Below, in pieces: positions 1 through 10,000 of a stretch of 32,000 nt of DNA. Made by a program: the position numbers and the translations under genes. Origin of the DNA: Xanthomonas campestris pv. campestris str. ATCC 33913 (lineage in GTDB: Bacteria; Pseudomonadota; Gammaproteobacteria; Xanthomonadales; Xanthomonadaceae); contig NC_003902.1 in the NCBI RefSeq assembly GCF_000007145.1, positions 3,356,497 to 3,388,496 of the forward strand, written 5' to 3'. The notes below the pieces were generated by a model. That model worked only from the letters and a program-made list of their open reading frames with translations, made no database searches and was not told where the DNA came from. Within the stretch, counting starts at the first letter, position 1. Each line of letters starts with the position of its first letter.

Positions 1-163
1 AATCCGCAGCGAAGTCGGCAAGACCCTGGACAGCTACGCGTACGGCAACGGCGGCTCGCGCGAAGGCCACGTCTTCAACCTCGGCCACGGCATGTCGCCG
101 GACATGAATCCGGATCACGTTGGCGTGCTGGTGGAAGCGGTGCAGACGCTGAGCAAGCGGTGA
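1..163 (+). CDS. hemE: uroporphyrinogen decarboxylase, C-terminal fragment (5' end lies outside the window)
   Basis: The frame starting at nt 2 reads ...[39 protein letters not shown] and stops at TGA 161-163. GHVFNLGHG followed by P-x-H-x-G-V-x-VEAV is the conserved HemE C-terminus. Confidence 0.85.
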   Translation, partial: IRSEVGKTLDSYAYGNGGSREGHVFNLGHGMSPDMNPDHVGVLVEAVQTLSKR

Positions 164-172
164 AGTAGCAAG

Positions 173-198
173 CGATCGACAGCCACTGCTGTCGATCG
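173..198 (+). terminator. perfect GC-rich hairpin 10 nt after the hemE stop; possible terminator lacking a U-tract
   Basis: CGATCGACAGC (173-183), loop CACT (184-187), GCTGTCGATCG (188-198) form an 11-bp perfect stem. No T-run follows, so intrinsic-terminator function is uncertain. Confidence 0.35.
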
Positions 199-597
199 TG
201 CACGATGTCGGTCTGGCTCATGGTGACGACCGATGTCGTGCGATGGGATGCTGTCCGCGCGATGCGACAGCGACTGACAAGGCACGCGCTAACCCATCGA
301 CCTCGTGGACGTGGTGCTCAAGCAAGCCTTCTGACATGCGCCAAGCTGGCGGCGAACGTGCCGCCCTGCGTTTGCCATCCCAGCCGCAATCCAGCGCCAG
401 CCGCACGCGTGTGCTACCAGGGCCGCCAGGCGTGCCAACTGGTTGGTATCGGGCCCCGACAATGCCACTGCGGGTACCGGGGTCAAGCCTTGATCGAAAC
501 GGGTGATCCCAGTGTGCGGTCGCGCCTGCAGAAAGGCGTGCGCGGCTTGCAACAGATCCATCGTGGACACGGCTGGGCGCAAAGAGCACCGGCGTAA

Positions 598-1100
598 ACG
601 CCGAACGCTTGGCCTCGGTGCAGCGTTCAACAGCACAACCAAGCCATCAATCGATGCAGCCCCGCACGACCGTTGGGAACACCAAGACACTGGCAAACGC
701 CGAACGTCGGCGCGGCACCACGCGATCGACAGCACCACCCACTCATCGATTGCTCACGCTCCGCATAACCATTGAGCACGCAAGCTTGAGGCGCAGACGC
801 CGAACACCTGGACTGCCCGCCGCGATGGACGGCACAACCAAGACGCCGATCAATGAAGCCCTGCGCAACCGTTGAGCGCATAAGGCAACGACGCAGACGC
901 CAAAAAGTTTGCTACCGCACGGCACTGCGCGATCGGCGGCAAATCAAGTCGACGATCAATGCAGCCTTGCGCAACCGCTGGGCCCACCAGACAGGGAGAT
1001 AGACACCGAACACCGGCCCCGGTGCGGCGCAGTCGAGAGCACAACCAACCCATCGCTCGATAAAGCCCCGCAAATGCGCACACCCTTCTGAGTTCCTGCA
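598..1100. repeat. degenerate tandem repeat, five units of about 100 nt
   Basis: Units start at 598, 697, 797, 897 and 1003. They open with ACGCCGAAC (variants ACGCCAAAA and ACACCGAAC). Shared blocks are GCACAACCAA (633-642, 832-841, 1039-1048), CGATCAATG(A/C)AGCC (847-860, 953-966; cf. 644-661) and GCGCAACCG(T/C)TG (863-874, 969-980). Confidence 0.8.
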
Positions 1101-1143
1101 CAGCGCGGCGGAGATAATGCCCCGTCCTCTCGACGGAGCCCCC

Positions 1144-2565
1144 ATGTCTCAGCCCGTTCCCGTCATGCGCGCCTATGCCACCATCAAGCCGCTGTTGTGG
1201 CTGGTGTCGCTGGCCATCTTCATGCAGATGCTGGATGCGACCATCGTCAATACGGCGCTGCCGTCGATGGCGCGCAGCTTGCGCGAGAGCCCGCTGCAGA
1301 TGCAGTCGGTGGTCTTCAGCTATGCGTTGGCGGTGGCGATGTTCATCCCGGCCTCGGGATGGATCGCCGACCGTTTCGGCACGCGCCGGACCTTCCTCGC
1401 CGCGATCATCGTGTTCACGCTGGGCTCGTTGCTGTGCGCCGCCGCGCAGCAGTTGCCGCAGCTGGTGGCCGCACGCGTGGTGCAAGGCATTGGCGGTGCG
1501 ATGTTGCTGCCGGTCGGCCGGCTGGCGGTGCTCAAGACCGTGGCGCGCGCCGACTTCCTGCGGGCGATGAGCTTCATCGCGATCCCGGCGCTGATCGGGC
1601 CGCTGATCGGGCCGACGCTGGGCGGCTGGCTGGTGGAGATCGCCTCCTGGCATTGGGTGTTTCTGATCAATCTGCCGATCGGCGTGATCGGATTCATCGC
1701 CGCACTGAAGATCATGCCGGACCATTACGGCGACGCACGCAAGCGCTTCGATCTGGTCGGCTATCTGATGCTGGCGTTCGGCATGGTGGCGCTCTCGCTG
1801 GCGTTGGACGGCATTGCCGAGCTCGGCCTGCGGCATGCGTTCGTGATGTTGCTGGCGATCGGCGGGCTGGCCGCACTGGCCGGCTATTGGCTGCATGCGG
1901 CCAGTGCACCGGCGGCGCTGTTCCCCTTGGCGTTGTTCAAGGTGGCCAGTTACCGCATCGGCATTCTGGGCAATCTGTTCGCGCGCGTGGGCAGCGGCTC
2001 GATGCCGTTCCTGATCCCGCTGCTGCTGCAGGTGGGCCTGGGCATGAGCCCGATGAATGCCGGGCTGATGATGGTGCCGGTGGCACTGGCCGGCATGGCC
2101 GCCAAGCGCGCTGCGGTGAAGCTGGTCGGCCGCTTCGGCTACCGCCGCATCCTGATGCTCAACACCGTGCTGGTGGGCCTGGCGATGGCCAGCTTCGCGC
2201 TGATCAGTGCGGGCCAGCCGCTATGGCTACGGGTGCTGCAGCTGGCCTGCTTCGGCGCAGTGAACTCGCTGCAATTTACCGTCATGAACACGGTGACCTT
2301 GCGCGACCTGGATCGCGACCAAGCCAGCCCCGGCAACAGCCTGTTGTCGATGGTGATGATGCTGGCCACCGGGTTTGGCGCGGCGGCGGCAGGCAGCTTG
2401 CTGGCGGCGTTCAACACGCATCTTGGCGACAGCCACGGCGCTACTGCGGCGTTGCACGCCACCTTCCTGTGCGTCGGCGCGATCACCTTGTCGTCGACGC
2501 TGATCTTCTGGCAGCTGGCCGAAACGCTGCCGCATCCCAAGCAAGTGGAAGAAGTTGCCGAGTGA
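1144..2565 (+). CDS. mdtD: MFS transporter, DHA2 (14-TMS) family, MdtD/YegB-like putative drug efflux protein
   Basis: The ORF aligns along its length with E. coli MdtD as I recall it (FMQMLDATIVNTALPSMA...SGWIADRFG...RVVQGIGGAMLLPVGRL...SWHWVFLINLPIG...FGYRR...GNSLLSM). I prefer ATG 1144 (GGAG 7-10 nt upstream) over the ORF-track start at 1117. Orthology to mdtD is not proven, and there is no mdtABC/baeSR context. Confidence 0.85.
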   Translation: MSQPVPVMRAYATIKPLLWLVSLAIFMQMLDATIVNTALPSMARSLRESPLQMQSVVFSYALAVAMFIPASGWIADRFGTRRTFLAAIIVFTLGSLLCAAAQQLPQLVAARVVQGIGGAMLLPVGRLAVLKTVARADFLRAMSFIAIPALIGPLIGPTLGGWLVEIASWHWVFLINLPIGVIGFIAALKIMPDHYGDARKRFDLVGYLMLAFGMVALSLALDGIAELGLRHAFVMLLAIGGLAALAGYWLHAASAPAALFPLALFKVASYRIGILGNLFARVGSGSMPFLIPLLLQVGLGMSPMNAGLMMVPVALAGMAAKRAAVKLVGRFGYRRILMLNTVLVGLAMASFALISAGQPLWLRVLQLACFGAVNSLQFTVMNTVTLRDLDRDQASPGNSLLSMVMMLATGFGAAAAGSLLAAFNTHLGDSHGATAALHATFLCVGAITLSSTLIFWQLAETLPHPKQVEEVAE

Positions 2566-2944
2566 GCGGGCTTGGGTGATGCGGGTGGCGGCGCGCTGAT
2601 GGCGGTTGATTGCTGTCGCGGCATGCGCGTGCGGTGCTGCGTTACGGCAGTTATGTGACTGCAGTGGGCGCCCACAATTTCGGCGCGTTTGCCATACCGT
2701 CATCACGACGCCGGCTATCAGTCACGCTGCCGCGTTCTGATGCGCGCGGCATCGCGGACACGTGCACTAGCGCCTCACCACCTAATGCACAGAAGGCATG
2801 CTTCCCAACCGAGACGCCCCGGCAACGGATGCAGGAGGCATGCTGCTTCAGCACTTGGACAAGCGAACGTCGCTGCCGCTTTTCTCATGCACGGCATGCC
2901 CTGCGGAGCCGACGGCAATCTCTGCATTGCCCACCAAGCCCGCG

Positions 2945-5900
2945 CTACAACTCCTCGCGCGGACGCACTCGCCGTAACGCCTCGGCAATCGTATCGGCCA
3001 GCATGTCGCCGGTAAGTGGCTTGCGCAGGAAACTGTCGAAGCCTGCCTGCTGCGCGGTGGGTTCGGCGGCTTCGTCGGAGCGCGCGGTCACCGCGATCAG
3101 CGGCATGTCATAGCCAAAGACGCGCAACTGCCGCGCCAGTGCGAACCCGTCCAGCCCGGGCAGATCCAGATCCAGCAGTGCCAGGTCGAATGCGTTATCC
3201 GCGGCCTCGGTGAGTGCGGCCAACCCGTGCGGTGCGTGCACCACCGAGTGCCCTTGCGCGCGCAGCAGGCCCACGATGACCTCGGCGATGGTGGGTTCGT
3301 CTTCCACCAGCAGGATGCGCAAGGGCGCCACGTTTGCGCTGTCGCGTGCCACCTCGCCGGCCAGCACGGCATTGGAGGCAACCCAGCGCAGCGGCAGGTC
3401 GACGACAAAGCGCGTACCTGCGCCCAGGCGGCTGATCACTTCGATATGCCCGCCCATCGCCATCGCCAACTCCTGGCAGATGGCCAGGCCCAGGCCGCTG
3501 CCGCCGTAGCGCGAGGTGGTCTTGGCGCCATCGCCCTGCTCGAAGCGCTGGAACAGGCGCGCCTTCTGGTCGGCATTGATGCCCGGCCCGGTATCGGCCA
3601 CCTCGAAGCGCAGCCCCTGGTAGGAACCAAGCGTGCTGAGCTTGAGCCCGACCACGCCGCGCTCGGTGAACTTGATCGCGTTGCTGAGCAGGTTGAGCAG
3701 GATCTGGCGAATACGGGTAGGGTCACCGCTGGCGGTGATGTCGCCAAGCAAGCCGACTTCCAGGCTGAAACGCAGCCCGCGCTCCTGCGCCAGCGGCGCC
3801 ATCAGCGCTTCCACTTCGGCCACCAGCTGGCGCACCGAGAACGGCTGCAGATCCAGCTCCAGACGACCGGACTCGATGCGCGCCAGATCCAGCGCATCGT
3901 TGACCAGCCGCAGCAGATGCGAGCCGGCGCGCCGGATCGATTCGGTATAGCTGCGCTGCTTGTGGTCCAGCTGGGTCTTCAGCAACAGCTCGCTCATGCC
4001 CAGCACACCGGTCATCGGCGTGCGGACCTCATGGCCGAGCGTAGCCAGGAAGCGTGTCTTGGCCAGCGACGCCTGCTCGGCCAGCTCCTGCTTGTGCACG
4101 GCCAGCTGCCAGGCGTTGAGGCGGCGCAGGCGGCGCCGATACAGCAGCACCACCGCCACCACGACACACAACGCCAGCAGGGTGAGCAGCACCAGTCCCC
4201 ACGGACTACGCCACCACGGCGGCAGCACCTGGAAGGTCAGCGTCTGGCTGGCCGACCAGATGCCGTCGGCAGTGCGGCCCTGCACTTCCAGCGTGTAGTC
4301 GCCCGGTGGCAGGCGCGAGAACAGGCGCTCGCCGCTGGGGCCGACATCGATCCAGTCCGGGTCGTAGCCACTGAGGCGGAAGCGGTAACTGGACGAATCC
4401 GGATGCGTAAAGGTGGGCATGCGCGCAACGATGTGCAGGTCGCGGTCGTCGTCAAGAATGGTGAGCGGCTCCTGCCCGGTGATGTCGAGACCACGCTCGC
4501 CACGCCGTACGCCAACGCGCTCGATGAGCAGTGGTGGCCTGCGGGTATTGGGATGCATCGCGGTGGGATCGAACACCACCACCCCATCCGGCGCCGCACC
4601 GACAATCTGCCCGCCAGTGGCCTGCACCAGTGTCCGGTTGATCATCAGCGGATTAGGCAGCCCGTCGTGCACACCGTACACGCGCACCAATTTGCTGCCG
4701 GGGTCGATCCGGATCAGCCCACGCTGGCTCGACACCCAGGCCACCCCACCGGCATGGACCACCAACCCGTTGGGCGCCACCATCGGGAATTCCTGGTCCT
4801 TGCCAATGGTGTCCAGCAGCTTGAGCTGGGTGCCGTCCCACAGATACCGGCGTATTTCGCCGACCACTCCCAGCCAGACCACGCCGCCTTCGGCGAACCG
4901 AAACACATAGGTGGCCTGGGACGGCGCACCGGGAACCGGCACAAACCGATCCGCACGCGGGTCCCAGCGCCGCAGACCGGCGTTATTGGACAGCCAGACC
5001 TGGCCGTCCGGGCCGGTGCCGATGTCCAAGATGGTCAGCGGCTCCAGCCCATGCGTGCCGTTGACGATGGTCCGCACCAGGCTGCCCTGTGCATCGCGCA
5101 GCTGCAGGCCGTATTCGAGCACCGACACCCACAGCTGCCCCTGCCCATCCTCTGCCATCCACAGGGGGCGATCGGCGGCCCCCTCGGCATCAGGTGCCAC
5201 ATCTGCACGGATGGGCAACCGTTTGACCTGCCGGGTCCGCGGGTCGTAGCGCACCAGCGTGCCTTCGACGCCAATCCAGACCACCCCACGTGTGTCCTCG
5301 AAGACCGAGTCGGGCGGATGCAGCGGGTCGATGTGCTCCAGATGCGTCTGCAAACGGCCGGTGGCAGGGTCGAGCCGTTCCAGCACACCTTTGCTGCCGA
5401 CCAGCCACACCCCGCCCGAGGCCGAGGCGACAGTCGCCAGAACGGACGTATTGGCCAGCGAGTGAGGCTCCTTGGGGCGATGCGCCAACACCGCAAAAGT
5501 GTCCCAATGCGGCAGCAGGTGCCACAGGCCACCTTCCAGCGCGGCAAACCACAGCCCGCCTTCCCGATCTTCGTAGGAGTCGATCCAGTTGCGATTTACC
5601 AAACTGTGGGCAGTGAAACTGTAGATCGGCACGCGGACCACGTCGGTGCCGGTCTCAGACAGCGCCATGCCGGCGTTGGTATCGAGCCAATAGCGCCCAC
5701 GACGATCGCGCAACAAGACGTTGTAGACACGCTGGTTCGCGGGCATGTTTTGCCACGGATGGGGACTGAAACGCCCCTCGGCATCCAGGCGAAACAGCTC
5801 GCCTGCTCCATCGGTCACCCACAACGTATTGCCATCGCGCTCCAGACGCAGCCGGCCCACCGTCTGACTGCTTCCCGGCAGCGCCACACGCGTGAACTGC

Positions 5901-6529
5901 TTGCCGTCCCAGCGCACCAGCCCGCCCGGCGTTGCAATCCACAGCGTCCCGTTGGGCGCCACGCGGAGTGCGTTCACCGCGTCGGCGGGCAGGCTGGCCG
6001 AGTCGCCGGGCACGTTCAAGAACTGCTGCATGCTGCCATCGGGGCGGCGGCGATACAGCCCGTTCGCTGCAGTGCCGAGCCAGATGTCGCCGTTCGGGGT
6101 CTGCGCCAGCGACCACACCGTGATCTGGCGCAATTCGGGGAACTGCGCATTCTCCAGGGGCTTGAAAGTGCGTGTCTTGGCTTCGAGAAACCCGGCACCG
6201 CCATTTTCAAAGCCCATCCAGACCCGGTTGTCCTGATCGACGCAGATGGTCCAGATCGCGTTACCGGTCAGCCCCTCTTCCATCCGCCAGATGCGGTAAT
6301 TACGCCCATCGAAGCGGGCCAGCCCGTCGTCGCTGGCCAGCCATAGGTAGCCCTGCTTGTCTTCGGCCAGTTCACCAATGACGTCCGATGGCAACCCGTC
6401 TGCAACCGTGACCTGATTGGGCACCGGCATCACCGGCGCACGCGTGGCCAGTGCCGGTGACACGGTCACGCACAGGCCCAGCAGCAACAAGGCGACAACC
6501 CAATGGAGAACAGACGGAAAAAGGCGCAC
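2945..6529 (-). CDS. hybrid sensor histidine kinase/response regulator with a periplasmic two-component-regulator propeller plus Y_Y_Y sensor domain (paralog 1)
   Basis: Domain order: signal/TM (VRLFPSVLHWVVALLLLGLCVTVSPALA); repeated propeller motifs (GYLWLASDDGLARFDG, GDIWLGTAANGLYRR, and others); Y_Y_Y-like YRFRLSGYDPDW; a second TM; H-box LGHEVRTPM; N/G boxes (LLSNAIKFT, DTGPGI, GGSGLGLAI); and a receiver (LLVEDE...LLDLDLPGLDG...RKP). The start is set at GTG 6529 by analogy with the paralogs. The ORF stays open up to 6826. Confidence 0.88.
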   Translation of the reverse strand: MRLFPSVLHWVVALLLLGLCVTVSPALATRAPVMPVPNQVTVADGLPSDVIGELAEDKQGYLWLASDDGLARFDGRNYRIWRMEEGLTGNAIWTICVDQDNRVWMGFENGGAGFLEAKTRTFKPLENAQFPELRQITVWSLAQTPNGDIWLGTAANGLYRRRPDGSMQQFLNVPGDSASLPADAVNALRVAPNGTLWIATPGGLVRWDGKQFTRVALPGSSQTVGRLRLERDGNTLWVTDGAGELFRLDAEGRFSPHPWQNMPANQRVYNVLLRDRRGRYWLDTNAGMALSETGTDVVRVPIYSFTAHSLVNRNWIDSYEDREGGLWFAALEGGLWHLLPHWDTFAVLAHRPKEPHSLANTSVLATVASASGGVWLVGSKGVLERLDPATGRLQTHLEHIDPLHPPDSVFEDTRGVVWIGVEGTLVRYDPRTRQVKRLPIRADVAPDAEGAADRPLWMAEDGQGQLWVSVLEYGLQLRDAQGSLVRTIVNGTHGLEPLTILDIGTGPDGQVWLSNNAGLRRWDPRADRFVPVPGAPSQATYVFRFAEGGVVWLGVVGEIRRYLWDGTQLKLLDTIGKDQEFPMVAPNGLVVHAGGVAWVSSQRGLIRIDPGSKLVRVYGVHDGLPNPLMINRTLVQATGGQIVGAAPDGVVVFDPTAMHPNTRRPPLLIERVGVRRGERGLDITGQEPLTILDDDRDLHIVARMPTFTHPDSSSYRFRLSGYDPDWIDVGPSGERLFSRLPPGDYTLEVQGRTADGIWSASQTLTFQVLPPWWRSPWGLVLLTLLALCVVVAVVLLYRRRLRRLNAWQLAVHKQELAEQASLAKTRFLATLGHEVRTPMTGVLGMSELLLKTQLDHKQRSYTESIRRAGSHLLRLVNDALDLARIESGRLELDLQPFSVRQLVAEVEALMAPLAQERGLRFSLEVGLLGDITASGDPTRIRQILLNLLSNAIKFTERGVVGLKLSTLGSYQGLRFEVADTGPGINADQKARLFQRFEQGDGAKTTSRYGGSGLGLAICQELAMAMGGHIEVISRLGAGTRFVVDLPLRWVASNAVLAGEVARDSANVAPLRILLVEDEPTIAEVIVGLLRAQGHSVVHAPHGLAALTEAADNAFDLALLDLDLPGLDGFALARQLRVFGYDMPLIAVTARSDEAAEPTAQQAGFDSFLRKPLTGDMLADTIAEALRRVRPREEL

Positions 6530-7012
6530 TGGACACGTTTCACGACAAGTCGCCGCATAGTGCTTGCCACGCGCTGCGCCGGCAAGCGCGAGCAACCTCA
6601 AGCGTTCACGCTGGCAATCCGCGACGGGTTGCGCGCTGCACTGCTTCGGTGAGCCATCGGCTGCATGCTTGGAGTATCTGCAGAGCAGCACCAGCAGCGA
6701 GGCATCTGTAGTTGCAAACGCATAGCGTTGCGTTAGCGTCAACCGGCTTGCCCGGATCAGGCCGGCAGCGTGTGGCAGCCCACGGCCGAGCAGCGCGCAT
6801 GTAGTTACCGACGCGGGGCGCATCACATCAGGCCGGGGCGGGTCGCAGCTCTACCACTACTCAGGATCAACTACTGCCAGGCGCGATCGGCGCCATGCAT
6901 TGCTGGGCGAATCGAAGCGCTGCACGCCCGCTTGGCGCGGCGTTGAACAGCGCTGCGCCGGGTTTCGCATCCGCTCGCCAGTAGAAGATCGCCATTGACC
7001 GACGTCGCCAAG

Positions 7013-10000
7013 TCACCCAAGCAGCGGCGTTGCCCGGTCACGCTCGCGTGCCACAGCCTGCACGGCGGCGATCGCCTCGACCAGCATGTCGGCAGTGACC
7101 GGCTTGCGCAGGAACCCATCGAATCCGGCGGCCTGTGCCTGGGTTTGTGCGTCGCCATCGGCGCGTGCGGTCACCGCCAGCAGTGGGAATGCGTGCCCGA
7201 GCCGACGCAGTTGCGCCGCCAGCGCAAAGCCATCCAGCCCGGGCAGATCCAGGTCCAGCAGCGCCACATCGAACTCGCCGTCGACCGCTTCGGACAAGGC
7301 CGCCAAACCGTGTGCGGCATGCACCACCCGATGGCCGCGCCCGGCCAACAGGCCGCTGATCACCTCGGCAACAGTGGGGTCGTCTTCCACCAGCAGGATG
7401 CGCAGCGGTGCGCCGGCTGGTATACGCGCCTCGCCGGCGACCGGACGCAAGGGCGAGCGGTCGATCGGCAACGGCAGATCCACGGTGAACTGGGTGCCGA
7501 CCCCGAGCCGGCTGCGCACGCGAATCTTGCCCTTCATCGCCACGGTGAGTTCCTGCGAAATGGCCAGCCCCAATCCGCTGCCCCCATAGCGCGCATTGGT
7601 GCGCGCGCCCTCGCCCTGTTCGAAGCGCTGGAATAGGCGTTTTTGTTGCTCCGGCCCGATGCCCGGCCCGGAATCGCGCACCTTGAAACGCAGGCAGTCG
7701 CCATGCTGGCTGACGGTGAGCCCCACCTCGCCGCGCTCGGCGAACTTGATCGCATTACCCAGCAGGTTGATCAGGATCTGGCGCACGCGCGTGGCATCGC
7801 CCACCACCACCAGCGCGGCGGGCAGCTGATTTCGATAGTGAAAGCGCAGGCCGCGTGCCTCAACGATGGGATGCATGAAATCGGCCAGTTCCTGGGTCAG
7901 CTGCGACGGTTCGAACGGCTGTTGCACCAGTTCCAGCTTGCCGGCCTCGATGCGCGCCAGATCGAGCGCGTCGTTGACCAGCCGCAGCAGATGCGCACCC
8001 GCCTTGCGGATCGCATCGACATGGCCGCGCTGTTTTGCGTCCAGCGGCGTGGCCAGCAGCAACTCGCTCATGCCCAGCACGCCGGTCATGGGCGTGCGCA
8101 CTTCATGCCCCAGCGTTGCCAGGAAGTTCGACTTGGCAATCGATGCCTGCTCGGCAAGCTGCTGACGCTGCCGCGCCAGCACCCATTCCTGCTGACGCCG
8201 CACCCGCCGCCGCCACGCCCACACACCCAGGCCGAACAACAACAGGCACACCGCCACTGCGACCATCTGCGCCGCCGGACTCATCCACCACGGTGGCTGC
8301 ACCTGCAGCGTCAGCGCTGGCGCAGCGACCCAGTCGCCGGTGCCTGCGCGTGCCTGTACCTGCACCTGGTAGTCGCCCGGCGGCAACCGCGAGATGACAC
8401 GCTCGCCGGTTGCGCCCTGCTCCACCCAACGCTCGTCGTAGCCGTCCACGCGATAGCGATAACGGGCAAGTCCCGGATCCACGAACGACAGCAGCCGTGC
8501 GCTGATGCGCAGGTCGCGGTCACGGGCCTGCAGCACGATCGGCCGCTTGTGTGGCACCTGCTGCGGGCGTTCGGCATCGTTGCGGCGTACCTGTACCGAC
8601 TGGATCACCAACTGCGCCTGCGGCACCGGGGCGAACGGCCGCGTGGGATCGAACAACACGATGCCGCTGGTGGTCAGCGCCAACACCTGCCCGCTGGGGC
8701 CGGTCACTGGCGGACGCATCGAAAATTCGCTGTCCGGCAGGCCGTCGCGTTGACCGAACATGCGCACCTGCGGTTGGCCGCGTCGGTAGGCGAACAAGCC
8801 ACGCGAGGTGGTGGCCCACACCGTGTCAGTGCCCCCTAGCGCCAGGCCACGGATCTCGGTGGCCGGCATCCCCTGCGCATGGCCCACGCGCTCAAGCAGC
8901 GTGGCCTTGTGGCCATCCCAGCCATATCGCTCCAGCGCCCCGGGGCGCCCGGTCCAGAACTCGCGTGGCGACACGAATGCCAGTGCATAGACCTCGTGCT
9001 CGGCATCGTCGATCACCCGGCGGAAGCGCTCGCCCTGCCAGACCCACGGGTCATCGCCAGCCGCTACCCAGGCCGAGCCGTCTGGCCGGATGGTGAGCTG
9101 CTGCACCATGCCGCCGGGTTCGCTGAGATCGGTCCCGAAGCGGAACTCCGCCAGCAGGCGCCCGTCTGCGGCACGCCGTTGCACGCCACCTCCCACAATC
9201 GACAGCCAGAACTCGCCATCGATCCCGCGCGCCATCAACTCCGGTCGCTGGCTCTTGTCCTGGTCAACTTGCAGCCCAAGCCGGCGCTTTTTGCCAGTCG
9301 CAGGGACGTAGTGGGTGACGTCATCCCGCAGCGCAATCCACAGGCTACCGTCGGCGTTGGGCAAGACCGATTGCACGGTGTCCCCGCCCAGCGCCGCGCT
9401 GTGCACCACCGGCACCACGTCACCCTGCGCACCAAGCCGATACACCCCGTCGCCGGTTGTCACCAGAAAGCTGTCGCCATCGGCAGCGGCATTGACCAGG
9501 TACAGGCTTTCCAGCGGTTTGCCCTGGGTCTGCAAGATGGTGGAAAAGCGTTGCCAGTCCGGCGGCAGATACGCCAGGCCCTGTGAAATCAGCCCCAGCC
9601 ACAGCCCGCCCTGGCGATCCTGCAGCAGATCAAGCACGCCACTTTCTGCGGTGAGAAACCCGCTGCCACGGTCACCGTCCATGACCCGCAACGCGGTCTC
9701 TCCGGGGGCCACGCGAAAGAACCCATCGGCGGCAGCGACCCAGTAGCCCCCGTGGACGTCGTGCACCACGGTCCCGGCGCGCACGTTCTCCGCGCCCTTC
9801 CACGGCGCAGGCTCCAGCACGCCAGCGGGCGTGACCCGGTACTGGCCCTTGCTGCTGCCCACCCACAACGTGCCATCCGGATCCTTGCTGAGCTTGAAGA
9901 CCGTGGCACTCAGGCGCTCGGGTGCAATGCGCACGAAACGCTCGCCATCGCGCATCACCAGCCCGCTGCCGGTGCCGATCCACAACCGGCCGCGTGCGTC

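Noticed and set aside
598-1100. Tandem repeat array considered as a CRISPR array or as repeat-protein coding
   Set aside because: The units abut with no unique spacers, they are about 100 nt long and degenerate, and no cas genes are nearby. The periods (99, 100, 100, 106 nt) break any reading frame.
850-1896. 348-aa ORF on the - strand
   Set aside because: It is antisense to the MdtD-like transporter and runs into the non-coding repeat array. Its Arg/His/Gln-rich composition is not protein-like.
3227-6346. 1039-aa ORF on the + strand
   Set aside because: It is entirely antisense to kinase paralog 1. Its composition is Arg/Ala/Gly/His/Gln/Pro-rich with no recognisable domain. This is the classic shadow ORF of a high-GC gene, where codon-position GC bias suppresses stops on the opposite strand.
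6530-6826. 99-codon N-terminal extension of kinase paralog 1
   Set aside because: The extension sequence is not protein-like (Cys/Arg-rich), and both paralogs begin directly at the signal peptide. It is kept as an open question in the findings.
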